The position numbers and the translations under genes were made by a program. Under the pieces are notes generated by a model that saw only the letters and a program-made list of their open reading frames with translations, did no database searches and was not told where the DNA came from. A stretch of 20,000 bases of DNA from Catajapyx aquilonaris (taxonomy: Eukaryota), in contig KZ538066.1 in the NCBI GenBank assembly GCA_000934665.2, positions 116,257-136,256 of the forward strand, in the 5' to 3' direction. Shown here piece after piece: positions 1 to 11,540 of this stretch. Within the stretch, counting starts at the first letter, position 1. Each line of letters begins with the position of its first letter.

Positions 1-884
1 GAGCAATAATAATTTTGCCCTTCCTGTCACACTACATTCGCGGACGAAATGTCCAGTATATCAACAACTGAAACATGACTAGTCTCCCTGTACCGGGATC
101 ACGTACAAAATGAAACCCTGTTGGCCGTAAACAGCCAGAGAGTGTTCATTAACTAGGGTGTGATTAGATTTAAATCAATTCATTAATCGATTTAACACCC
201 CCTCCCCCCACCTCGATGTCTGAAAACTCATTTTGGGGGAGGCGGCGCGGCGCTTTTGACTTTCAAGTCGGCCAGGGTTGGCTAACTACTGCAATTTGGA
301 CATTATCCGCCAATAGTCACGTACAAAATCACATCTATGCCATGTAGTACCAAATTACTCACGTATATGGCGCATCTCGATGCACACACTGCCACTTTTA
401 GGGTCGTGCGAGAGGTTGTGGTACTACATGCATCTTATGACTCCGGAGCCAATGATTATGAATATCCTTACATCTAGGAGCCTTCTTCGGATTCAGCAGT
501 TTGTCAGCAGTCTAAGGGAAAGGGAGTCACCAGCTGGCGCCACTGGTAGAGCATGAGCTACGCGGGGCCATGTGAAGAATTGAAAGCTGTAGACTAATTG
601 AGTTTCTCCCCTCTTCCCCCTTCCCCCTCTTCCCACTCCCTGCTGCCCTTCCTCTCACCACCCCACTTCCAAATCCGAACCGTTTTGACTACAGAAGAGC
701 TTATTTGCACTGGAAAGGTGTTGAGATGTGCTCGGTGGCGCCCTCTCTAATCGCCTCCGATCCATTTTAAATATGGCCTCAACTCCCAGCTGGCCCGCAC
801 CTGGCCCAGGCTCTAGGAATTCTTAGTCAGGTTGTCAGCTTGGAAGCATCAGATTCGAATCGCTGATAACAGAGGGCAATTATG

Positions 885-1229
885 AAAGGTGGCTCGTCTG
901 AACGGGATTGTGTCGGATCGTTCCGAATTGCTCAGGACTCTTCCGAATTGATATGAACTATTCCGAGTTGATCCGAACTGCTCCGAAATGGTTAGGACTG
1001 GTTCGAACTGCACTGAAATGCTCCAAATTGCTCTGAACTGCTCCAAATTGTCCGAACTGCTCCGAACTGCTACGAACTGCTCCGAACTGCTCCGAACTGC
1101 TCCGAACTGCTACGAACTGCTACGAACTGCTCCAAACTCTTCGAAATTCTTCCGACGGACTCGTTTGGCGCACGAGAGTAAAATGGAACGAGGCGGACAA
1201 CATAGGGTTAGTTCAGACGGGCCAACTTT
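885..1229. mobile_element. Putative non-autonomous DNA element (MITE-like) bracketing a 10-bp minisatellite
   Basis: AAAGGTGGCTCGTCTGAAC (885-903) is the reverse complement of GTTCAGACGGGCCAACTTT (1211-1229) at 17/19 positions. No target-site duplication identified, so the true ends are uncertain. Confidence 0.4.
921..1150 (+). repeat. 10-bp minisatellite, consensus TCCGAACTGC, about 22 copies
   Basis: Near-perfect TCCGAACTGC/TACGAACTGC units at 1051-1140; degenerate in-register units from 921. Confidence 0.95.
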
Positions 1230-1799
1230 GCAACTTTTTATATCTGGGTAGGAATGAGGTCCTTGGCCAAGGGGAAGGAGTAAGGGGGAGTAAGGGTGGC
1301 ATAGAGTGGACTTGGAACCATTTTGACGAGGGTTGGAAATGGTCGTAGCAGCCGCTGCTTCACTTTCTTCTGCAGAAAGCTGCTGGAGAAAATGGTTCTA
1401 ACCCCCTTCTCCTTATATAAGGACCATTACATTACGACACCCTACCCCCACCCTCAACGCTCCCATCCAGTTAATGATGTGAAGATCGTAATCTCTGATT
1501 GGCTATTTTGCACGCGTTAGCCTTGCCTAATTAGACAGGATATTTGCTTTTCCCTCTTTTGGAAAGGAATCGTAGGGATTAAGACTGGCGCAAAAACTGG
1601 GGGAGGAGTAAAATACCGGCTGGTTATCTTAACACTGCAGTGGGAGGAGCTGCAGATTTACTGAGCTCTTTATCGCCCACTGTTCATGAATCAGGAATCG
1701 CCAAATTTGTTACTCGTTTTTTTTGACCCATTTTCAGCTTGCAGAGTAGCCTGTTTGAAAGACTAACTTGTGCTGTGATGTCGTATAAGGTCCAATATT

Positions 1800-2957
1800 G
1801 CAGAATATTGTATCGCATGCAACACGTTTGATGAGAATTATCGATTAAGCAATTTTTATGAAACATCGATAAATACAATCAATATTTCCATGATTTATAA
1901 TCGATATTTTTATGTATTTGTAATCACGAATCGGTATCTTTCGATATCTGGATTCGATGTTGTTTTATTATTTGTTATCACATTAATTTTAATAATGTGA
2001 GATCGATTTACAAAAAAAATGTCATTGTATGCATCATCTTTAATGAGATCGAATATCGACTATGCAAATATTATAAAACATCGATTTGAAATATCAAAAA
2101 TACGATAGATATTTCAATGATGTAAAATCGATATTTGTATAATCTCGAATATTTTTTTCTCGATATCCTATTTAGATAATTTCAATGTCTGGATTGGTTG
2201 TTTTTCGAATATTTGTCACTATGACATTTAATAAGTGCTGTTCGATTTTATGACGTCAAAATTTCCCAATGAAATCAGATGCAATGTATCGATAGTATTT
2301 TCGATATTTCGGGTGAATATATCGAAATATTGCTTGTTCCATTATCATATCGATATTTCAAACATCTAAATTTCCTTTCAAGCCCTTACATGAAATATAT
2401 CGATCATGTGATGCTTAATATCGATCTCGTTTACGACATATCGATATATAGTACAATCGAAGAAAAAAATCCCTCGGATGCAAGAAAATATTCACATCGT
2501 TTGTGATGTACCGTATCTAATCTATACCGATATATTTCCATATCGCCGTCCCCATTTTATATATCAGAATCGATATTTTGATATATTGAAGATATATCAA
2601 AATATCGCTTGTGAAAATATCGATGTGAATATTTTCTTGCATCCGTGGGAAAATGCTTCGATATATCGATATATCGTAAGCGAGATCGATATCAGGCATC
2701 GCACAATCGATATATTTCATGTAAAGGCTTGAAAGAAAATGTAATATATTCTTGTCCATGAAATATATCGATGCCTAACATCGATATAGTTATATAGTGC
2801 AGTCCCAAATTCTCCAAAGCTTTGACCTAAAATATCTATATTGATCATGGATGCAAGAAACTATTGACATAGTTTGCAATATATCGAATCGGTCCAATAT
2901 ATTTTCATATCGATATCTCCATTTTCCATATAAGAAGCGATATTTTGATATGTCGAA
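1800..2957. repeat. AT-rich ATCGAT/GATATC-saturated degenerate repeat block with internal direct and inverted duplications
   Basis: Dozens of ATCGA/TCGAT motifs. Diverged direct pair ~1855-2010 vs ~2070-2250; inverted arms ~2371-2499 / 2621-2739; further direct copy ~2757-2955. Confidence 0.85.
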
Positions 2958-3972
2958 CTGTCCCCCCCCCCCCCCAAAAAAAAAATCTCGAACACTACTA
3001 CCATGCGTCCCTGAGACTTCTTTTCCTTCATCATATCCTCTCTCCTCTCTGCCACAGAAGTTTGAGTAGCAAGATGAGGGAAATGGTCCCGGGAGTAAGG
3101 AAAAGCCCGTTTCTGTCAGCCAAAAGAATTTTCTGAGTCAAGGCCTTCAAGCAGCATCCTTGTTCCTTTTATTTAGAGTAAGTCTTCTGGAACGACGCCT
3201 CCTCACTCTTCACTTCTCGCTTGGAAGGAACCAAGATTTACTGCTTCTTCTTCTTCCTTCTCTAGCTCTTTTTTAACACCTCCCGTCATTAAAACCTTCC
3301 CCCATTTTCCACACTTGCAAATAGCTCCTAAGGTTACTTTTTGCAACGACCTCTGGGGTAGGTTCACACCAGGAGAGTTATCGACGTTTTATTCTTTTTA
3401 ATTGGCGACAATGATGACGACGTTGGACCCCCCAAAAAAAATTTAAATGGAGGATGCCAAGGAGCTCCCTAAAGTCTTTGATCAACTTTTTTGGATTATG
3501 AGTTAATCTGCGGACTTATTCCAGCACGGTTGTAACTAGGCTCGTAAAAAAATTGTCAGGGTCATGCGCATGGGTGACGAAAAGTCGCACTTGCTAGTGT
3601 CTAAACGAGTGTGAAGGAAACGATAAGAAGATTTAGTTTTGAATTGAAATTTTAAATTTAGATTAAAATTTAGTTATTACAATCATAAATAAAATAAATG
3701 CAATGTACGTTTGTAATAATATATACTGTATTCCTTTCTACGCCAACTAGTTGTATGAATTTTTACACGGTATATTACTGACTATATTTACATACCCTGT
3801 AATGACAAAATGTTAAAGATACGCATATAAAATTTATTAGGCTTTATTCTGTTGAGAATTTGTTTAATTTTTAAAATGTTTATAATTTATACGAACAGTT
3901 AGATATTTTTTTCAAAGTAACCAAATTCTCGACAGAATAAAGCACAATAAAATTTATGTACCCTTAAAACTA

Positions 3973-4057
3973 ATACATTTGTCACATTTCAGTACGTAAA
4001 TAAGGTCAGTAATGACATTACTGACCTTATTTACGTACTGTAATGTGACAAATGTAT
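3973..4057. repeat. Long palindrome: 42-bp arms, 1-nt spacer, 1 mismatch
   Basis: 3973-4014 ATACATTTGTCACATTTCAGTACGTAAATAAGGTCAGTAATG vs 4016-4057 CATTACTGACCTTATTTACGTACTGTAATGTGACAAATGTAT; only 3989/4041 fails to pair. Confidence 0.97.
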
Positions 4058-4058
4058 G

Positions 4059-4085
4059 TTTACACTATACATTGTATAGTGTAAA
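4059..4085. repeat. Perfect palindrome: 13-bp arms, 1-nt spacer
   Basis: TTTACACTATACA-T-TGTATAGTGTAAA. Confidence 0.95.
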
Positions 4086-4111
4086 AATTCATAAAATTAA
4101 TTGGCTATATA

Positions 4112-4298
4112 TCTATATATTATAAAAGGCAAATTTGTTGGTTGGCTAGCTAGCTTGTTTATTTGTCCAAGTTTGGTTGCCATGAAAATGGATTACCATG
4201 GCATTAATAAAATAAATAAAAGTTGGTATACAAATTATTACTATTTTTGCAATAATATTAGAGACATGCCATTTGGTATAAAGGGCACCGTTAGTTAG
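4112..4298 (+). mobile_element. Degenerate short non-autonomous Helitron-like element
   Basis: Starts A^TCTATATATTATAAAAGGC followed by TTGTTGGTTGGCTAGC. Subterminal hairpin TGCCATTT-GGTAT-AAAGGGCA (4267-4287), then TTAG^T, one change from the canonical CTRR^T end. Confidence 0.4.
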
Positions 4299-4584
4299 TT
4301 ATAGTCCAGGTTTGGTTTCCATGGCAGTATTAAAATAAATGTAAGTGAATAACAAATACAAACAAAAAGAGCAAATTTGAAATAATTACAGGCACTGGAA
4401 ACTGTCGCGATTGCTGTTTTTTTTTAAAAAAAAAACTGGTTGCTGGAGCGAACAACCCGTAACATCCTGCAACAAATCGCTTCCAAATCTGGCACCAACC
4501 CGAAGATAGTAATCTTGGACCTCACACTTCCTATTTGTTTCCTCAACTTTTTTTTCCTATTTTTCTTTTACCCCCTCTTTTCGG

Positions 4585-4598
4585 GCAGCAGATGGCAG
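4585..4598 (+). promoter_or_regulatory. CTCF-like site GCAGCAGATGGCAG
   Basis: 13/14 match to CCRSYAGRKGGCRS; binding not demonstrated. Confidence 0.4.
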
Positions 4599-5058
4599 TA
4601 GAAGCGGCTATCGAAACATCCTGTTATTTTTTTGTTGTTGTTGGCTGCTACCAGATGTTGGTATCGAAAACTTTTCACTCTTTTTTTTTTTTTTAAAGGA
4701 GTACAGGCTAAAGAAAAGAGTTTTCTTGGGAGGGGGGGCAGAACCTTCCAAAAGCTTTTGCTCACCAGTAATAAGTGGGTACCATTGTGGACTGGAAGGC
4801 AACCCCTTTTCCAAGCGAATCTGGAAGCCTCTTTTAATAGGCCCCGCGGTATAGGTAGGGTAGGTATATAGGCCACCCCCGGAATCGCGGATTTCTCCTT
4901 TTGGCAGCACGGACAAAGTCGTCATTGCCGGTTGAGACGTGCAGGACGTGTTCCAAATCCGCAACAAGAAACCCGGATTCCAACCCCTTCCATGCAACTC
5001 CTCTCCCTCCTCCACCACCACCACACCCGTCTCTTGACCGGGCGCTAGAACTTTGTCG

Positions 5059-6425
5059 CCGATAAAGCTCGCCGAAATTGAATTTGACAAAAAGGGGAGG
5101 GGGAAGAAAAAAATCGGCGAAAACTTATTCGGCTGAAAATAAATTCGGCTGCCAAGTGACATTCGGTCAAAAATGTGCGAATATTTACTCGCCGAAAAAC
5201 AATTCGTCAATAGGTAAAAATATTGTTACGATTGTTTGTTAACAGTAAATTATCCAATCACTATTCTGCTAATGACCATTTAGCACGTATGAAGTTGGCC
5301 AACACTTTGGAAAAATTTTACGTTAACATTTGTTAAAGAGGTAACTTTACTAGATTAAGTATAAGGCAAAAATTTTAGGTTAACAATTAGGGGAAATTTG
5401 GTTAGCAGGTAAAATATTAGTTAAATATCATGTTAAAATATATGTTAAATATCAGGGTGAATTAAAAGTTAATATCACGTTAAATATTAGAGGTAAAATA
5501 TTAGGTATTATTAGGTAAAATATTAGTTCATTTCTGGTAAAATATTAGTTTCATTTCAGGTAAAATATTAGTTTCGTTTCAGGTAAAAGCATTAGTTTCA
5601 TTTCAGGTAAAATATTAGTTTCATTTCAGGTAAAATATTAGTTTCGTTTCAGGTAAAATGTTAGTTTCGTTTCAGGTAAAATATTAGTTTCATTTCAGGT
5701 AAAATATTAGTTTCACTTTAGGTAAAAGCATTAGTTTCATTTCAGGTAAAATATTAGTTTCGTTTCAGGTAAAATATTAGTTTCGTTTCAGGTAAAATTA
5801 GTTTCGTTTCAGGTAAAATATTAGTTTCATTTCTGGTAAAATATTAGTTTCATTTCTGGTAAAATATTAGTTTCACTTCAGGTAAAAGCATTAGTTTCAT
5901 TTCAGGTAAAATATTAGTTTCATTTCAGGTAAAAGCATTAGTTTCATTTCAGGTAAAATATTAGTTTCATTTCAGGTAAAAGCATTAGTTTCATTTCAGG
6001 TAAAATATTAGTTTCATTTCAGGTAAAAGCATTAGTTTCATTTCAGGTAAAATATTAGTTTAGTAGCAGGTTAAAATGGTATAGTTTAGCACTAGGTTGA
6101 AATGCAGCTATTAGTTAACAACGCTGATATTACTGTAATTACATATCGGCATCAGTTACATATTTATATTAGCTAACACATCAATGATACAGTACTACAG
6201 TAGTTAAATATTAATATTACGTTAAAATGTGTTAATATTAGGTTAAAATATTACGTTATTTCTCGGTGAGAAAATATTTAATTCTCTCGCTGAAAGTGTA
6301 TGTTGCTATTCGCGTCGTAGTTATTCAAGTTTGCGAAAATGTGGGTCCATCTCATTGCTTTTTTTTTGGCCAAATATGTGAGTCATATTTTGCTGAAATT
6401 TATTTTCGCAGCCGAGTTTTATCCG
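5059..6425. mobile_element. Decayed foldback/MITE-like element: TCGCCGA/TCGGC-rich ends around an AT-rich core
   Basis: CCGATAAAGCTCGCCGAAATTGAATTTGACAAAA (5059-5092) resembles the reverse complement of 6388-6425 (CGGATAAAACTCGGCTGCGAAAATAAATTTCAGCAAAA). TCG motifs cluster at 5056-5210 and 6260-6420. Confidence 0.4.
5512..6061 (+). repeat. 23/24-bp minisatellite AGGTAAAATATTAGTTTCATTTC (variant AGGTAAAAGCATTAGTTTCATTTC), about 23 copies
   Basis: Directly visible tandem array; the two variants alternate as a dimer from ~5880 to 6061. Confidence 0.97.
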
Positions 6426-7687
6426 GGAACCCTGTAACTTGGGGGCGCATGCGCTCAACTCGGCCCTTTCTCCCTCAGGAGACTCCGGTAAATTGATGGT
6501 GATGAACACGTCTTCAGGTGGCGGGGTATAAGGCCCAGTAAATCCGGGCGGAGAGATAAGGTCCGTTTGGTTCCGGTTTTATGTCCGGAAAGTCGTCCCT
6601 TGTGCGGTGTTGTCCCAAGAGACGGTTGCCAACAGGTTCGGCACAACGGCTCTGTTGGGAGCCCTTTTCTCCTGCGAAAACGTGCAAATTTGAGACCCAA
6701 TTTTTTTGACAAATAAAATCCTCGAAAATATTCGAGCCAAGCCAAGAACCGAGACTAATAATCATTATATCGCGCAAAATTTCCACTACTTACTACTTAC
6801 CCGCTTTTCCAATTATTCAACCCAAAACTCGCCAAAATACAATCCGGCTAATTAGCCCCATTGATTAACCGGGTCAAGTTATGCAAAAAAGTATCTAAAA
6901 TCTTTAGAGCCTTATTCGCCAATTATAAATAAACGTTAAGTCTACCAAGCAGGGTTACCAGACGAATTTTCAGCAGAAAGTTTTGTATAAATCTGGAAGA
7001 TTTGCTGCCCGTTTTCTCGGGGGTTGGGTCAATCCCAAGCAATTACGAAACCTCGCAAAAAAAACGAGGGTTAAAAAAAAGAAAATATGACTGCAAATAA
7101 TTCGTCCTCGGAACAACTGCGGGGACGTCTTTCCGTAAATTCCACGTCACGCCCAGGTAACGAATTTTCGTTAAGCATAATGAGGCTTTCCGTTTTCTTG
7201 AGAGTACAAAAAGAAGAAAATAGGGACTTTTCTTTGTTGAAAAGAAAAAAATATATATAATATATCCTCCTACTTTCTTACAAGGAATAAGAGTATAAGA
7301 AGCTAAGTACATGGAGTAGGTAAGAAGATTGGCGAAATTAGACTGCATTTTTTTTTTGAAATGTGACGTCCACTTTAGACATTTGCATTAGGCTCTATAT
7401 AGTTGCTTTCCACGTGATGCTAATTTCATGAATTTTGTGGCAAAAAAATTATATGAAATGATTTCGCATATTACATTCCATTGTACGATATGGAGTTGAA
7501 AAATTCAAGATTTGTACTACTTTGACCTCATGCTATTTTCACAATTATTTCAGCCATCAACTTTTTTTTGATGTTATGTATACCTTTCCCGCACAATGAT
7601 ACGGCAATCTCAGTAGTACTGAAGAAATTTTCAATTACTATTTGTTTAAAAGGTAACTTAATTCATTAATTATTAGTTAAATTATTA

Positions 7688-7823
7688 AGTTAACATCAGA
7701 GAAAAATCACCTAATATATTAAGCTAATATCAGAGTAAAATCACTTAATATATTGGGTTATTATCAGGGAAAAATCACTTAATATATAAGGTTAATATCA
7801 AGGAAAAATCCTATTAATATATT
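7688..7823 (+). repeat. Degenerate 34-bp tandem repeat, about 4 copies
   Basis: ATCAGRGWAAAATCACYTAATATAT recurs at 7695, 7729, ~7763 and ~7797. Confidence 0.8.
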
Positions 7824-7920
7824 AGTTGACTTGAGGTAAATGTTGCATTAGTAATAGTTTGACTTTAAATTATTGGTCAAGTTTTAGGTAAAATAATAGC
7901 TTAGTATTTGGTTAAAATTG

Positions 7921-9255
7921 GTTTAATATTAAGTAAAAATAATAGTTTAAAATTAAGTAAAAATAATAGTTTAATATTATGTAAAAAATTAGTTTAATAT
8001 TAAGTAAAAATAATAGTTTAATATTAAGTAAAAATAATAGTTTAATATTAAGTAAAAATAATAGTTTAATATTAAGTAAAAATAATAGTTTAATATTAAG
8101 TAAAAATAATAGTTTAATATTAAGTAAAAACAAGCTCTTGGTAAAAATAATAGTTTACTATTAAGTAAAAACAAGCTCTTGGTAAAAATAATAGTTTAAT
8201 ATTAAGTAAAAAATAGTTTAATATTAAGTAATAATAGTAGTTTAATATTAAGTAAAAACAAGCTCTTGGTAAAAATAATAGTTTAATATTAAGTAAAAAA
8301 TAGTTTAATATTAAGTAAAAATAATAGTTTAATATTAAGTAAAAATAATAGTTTAATATTAAGTAAAAACAAGCTCTTGGTAAAAATAATAGTTTAATAT
8401 TAAGTAAAAAATAGTTTAATATTAAGTAAAAATAATAGTTTAATATTAAGTAAAAACAAGCTTTTGGTAAAAATAATAGTTTAATATTAAGTAAAAACAA
8501 GCTCTTGGTAAAAATAATAGTTTAATATTAAGTAAAAACAAGCTCTTGGTAAAAATAATAGTTTAATATTAAGTAAAAAATAGTTTAATATTAAGTAAAA
8601 ATAATAGTTTAATATTAAGTAAAAATAATAGTTTAATATTAAGTAAAAATAATAGTTTAATATTAAGTAAAAATAATAGTTTAATATTAAGTAAAAATAA
8701 TAGTTTAATATTAAGTAAAAATAATAGTTTAATATTAAGTAAAAATAATAGTTTAATATTAAGTAAAAATAATAGTTTAATATTAAGTAAAAACAAGCTC
8801 TTGGTAAAAATAATAGTTTAATATTAAGTAAAAACAAGCTCTTGGTAAAAATAATAGTTTAATATTAAGTAAAAACAAGCTCTTGGTAAAAATAATAGTT
8901 TAATATTAAGTAAAAAAATAGTTTAATATTAAGTAAAAATAATAGTTTAATATTAAGTAAAAATAATAGTTTAATATTAAGTAAAAATAATAGTTTGATA
9001 TTAAGTAAAAATAATAGTTTAATATTAAGTAAAAATAATAGTTTAATATTAAGTAAAAACAAGCTCTTGGTAAAAATAATAGTTTAATATTAAGTAAAAA
9101 AATAGTTTAATATTAAGTAAAAAAATAGTTTAATATTAAGTAAAAAAATAGTTTAATATTAAGTAAAAAAATAGTTTAATATTAAGAAAAAAAAATAGTT
9201 TAATATTAAGTAAAAATAATAGTTTAATATTAAGTAAAAATAATAGTTTAATATT
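7921..9255 (+). repeat. 24-bp minisatellite AAGTAAAAATAATAGTTTAATATT with 22/23-bp deletion variants and an interspersed 17-bp unit GTAAAAACAAGCTCTTG
   Basis: ~1.33 kb highly homogeneous array; 11 copies of the CAAGCT(C/T)TTG unit counted. Accounts for the (FLLNIKLL)n / (FYLILNYY)n ORFs. Confidence 0.98.
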
Positions 9256-9256
9256 T

Positions 9257-9325
9257 ACTAAGCTATTATTTTAACTAATACTAAGCTATTATTTTAACTG
9301 ATACTAAGCTATTATTTTAACCTAA
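9257..9325 (+). repeat. Three 23-bp units ACTAAGCTATTATTTTAAC, inverted relative to the main satellite
   Basis: Reverse complement of TTAGGTAAAATAATAGCTTAGTATT at ~7884-7908, on the other side of the array. Confidence 0.85.
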
Positions 9326-10114
9326 TATTAGGTTAATATTGGTTTAGTAGATTATTATGTTTAAATATTGGTTTAGTATTAGGTTAGGTTACTTTTCAAC
9401 ATCCTTTCACACCTTTCCTCACCTCTCTACAAACCTTTTCATACCATTCCCCATCCCCCCAATCTTCACCCCATTGTCACCTGAACCATTCATAAAATTA
9501 GTGTCCGCACTTTAATTAAGCCACAATTATTGTCCCCTCAAAAAAATGTCAACTAAGGTGTTTCGCGTCAAGCATCCCCATGCAGCACCATAAGAGCGCA
9601 AAAAAAAAATCCAAATGTTTTTTCCCCGCCCTTTCAAGGGAAGGCAGTGCAATGTGCGCGTTTCAGTGGAAAAAAGGTGGTGGGGGATGGAGGAAGGGGT
9701 AGCATTTTGTGGGAGTGAAGTGGGGAGAAGGGGGTGAGGGGTATTAAAGCCCGAGAGCGGCTCTTTTTTGGTAGCGGCGGGGTCTGACAAGTGAGATTGC
9801 TGTCACCGTCGCTGCGGGAGGACCCTTGGAAAAGCCACTTCAACTGCCCTTCAAAAGACTCAAAACATGAACTTGTCAGGGGGGGAGGGGGGGGGGAGGC
9901 TTGGAAGAATGGAGGAGGGAAAAGCACAAGGCAAGCTCTACCACACAACCACACCACACCGCACAAAAACTAGTAGAAAAGAGAAAATAATAATAGAGAG
10001 CAAGGGTGCCAGCCATTGTCCGAGCTCAGACTTTGCCAAAAAAACTGGAGTCATTTACACTATTACATTGTACTTGTGAAGGGGGGCTGGAAGTGTGACC
10101 GAAATAATGTGTAC

Positions 10115-10865
10115 AACTACACGGAATACAGTGACTACGTGTACGTAGATGCAATGCAAACTTAATACATACACAAAATGCAGGAGCTTACAGTACTGGT
10201 AATACGTTAGCAGAATACCTAAACGACACGCTAACAAAATACCTAAACAATACGTAAATGTATTAGGCCTACATGTAAAATGCGTAAACAATAATACGTA
10301 GGCGTATACGTAAACAATACGCAGACGTAACACGTATGCGAAATTTTGCGTGATGGACCCTCGTCGACGGTCGACGCACGTTGTGTTCCTTGCATAAACA
10401 TAATATGTAAATGTAGCCTATACGTACTGTACACGTAATACGCATAAGTAATACATATACGTACTGTACACGTAATACATATAAGTAATACATATACGTA
10501 ATAAACGTAATACGTAGATTATACGTAATACGTAGATTATACGTAAAATAATTATGTACTACGTAGATTATACGTAAAATAAACATAAACATAAGAGGCA
10601 AACATAATGCGTAAAAATTTTGGCAAAAATGATACGTAAACGTACACGTAGGTATCGCGTGATGTACAGTCTACTTGTATACATGTAAGTTGACTTTGTA
10701 ATAAATTCCTGCTTAGGCTTATACGTACACGTGAATTCTGACAGATGTAGGTTCTCCCAAAATAAAATCGCGTACGTATACTTGCATCCTGATGAATGAC
10801 ACATGAACGTTCGTTACTGTCAGAAAGACGGGCAGTACTGTACATGAAAATCATGTACATGTGTC
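10115..10865. repeat. TACGTA/TGTACA-saturated degenerate repeat block (likely DNA-transposon-derived)
   Basis: Dense TACG/CGTA motifs; 37-bp tandem pair 10421-10457/10458-10494; TACGTAGATTATACGTAA three times in ~10511-10577. Confidence 0.8.
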
Positions 10866-11489
10866 TATGGGGTGTTCCATATCATCCAGATTTTCTATCT
10901 AGTGTAAGTTACTGAACAACATATGAAAATTTCCTGAATTTTGAGATGGAAGCGAGGGTAGCTGGGGTGTATGACCATTAGCGTTAGTGCAAAGATTTTG
11001 GCTTGCAGTGTTATTTTGTGCAGCGGATTACAGCTAGCCCCCTCCCCACCCCTCCCCCGTCCATTAAGCCTATTCCATTACTGAAACTGTGAAAATAAAA
11101 TCCTCCCCCCCCCCATCCTACCCTCTACCATCCACCACCCAAATAGGGGCCAACCAACAACCTCCCCATTTTACAAATTGTGCACTTCCACACCACCCAG
11201 CCAACCACCCCCCACAACAACCACCCCCATTCTCCTTCTGACGTTTTAATTTTTGGGGTCTTGTTGCCCTTCACACACTGAAATAACTGCTAACTGACTC
11301 TACATACAGGGTGGTCCAACTACACTATTCAAAAGGGGTCGTGGTGCTCTCAAGTGAGCCTAAGCTCCTGTAGCCCCGTCAAAATTTTCACGCACAGACG
11401 CCATGACACTTTTAGGAAGGAAGGGCGGGAGAGGTTGGAGGTGTAGGAAGCGGACCACAGATGGCAGGCAAATGACGTTTGGCGTTACA

Positions 11490-11540
11490 GGCGGACAGAC
11501 AGACAGACAGATCACAAACGGCTTTATTTGTATATATTAT
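11490..11540 (+). mobile_element. Possible terminus of a Helitron/Helentron-related non-autonomous element
   Basis: (GACA)4 microsatellite followed by GCTTTATTTGTATATA, resembling the ends of invertebrate DINE-1/Lep1-like repeats; other end not located. Confidence 0.3.

Noticed and set aside
99..329. 13-bp direct repeat TCACGTACAAAAT (99-111, 317-329) as a target-site duplication
   Set aside because: Enclosed sequence shows no convincing termini or tail; cannot assign an element.
849..1251. ORFs 849-1046 and 988-1251
   Set aside because: Translations of the 10-bp minisatellite.
2279..3069. Similar short ORFs MQENIHIV / MQENIHID / MQETIDIV as a peptide family
   Set aside because: Explained by the direct and inverted DNA duplications of the ATCGAT block.
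4608..5210. 200-aa minus-strand ORF, longest in the window
   Set aside because: Non-ATG start, begins in a repeat end, runs through homopolymers, no recognisable domain.
7912..9062. ORFs with (FLLNIKLL)n and (FYLILNYY)n
   Set aside because: Translations of the 24-bp satellite; open only because the unit is a multiple of three.
7921..9255. CRISPR array (also considered for 5512-6061)
   Set aside because: Head-to-tail units without unique spacers; no cas genes; eukaryotic context.
11305..11318. TACAGGGTGGTCCA, a Tc1/mariner-like TIR start (also TACAGGGTG at 19802)
   Set aside because: No inverted partner or transposase remnant found.
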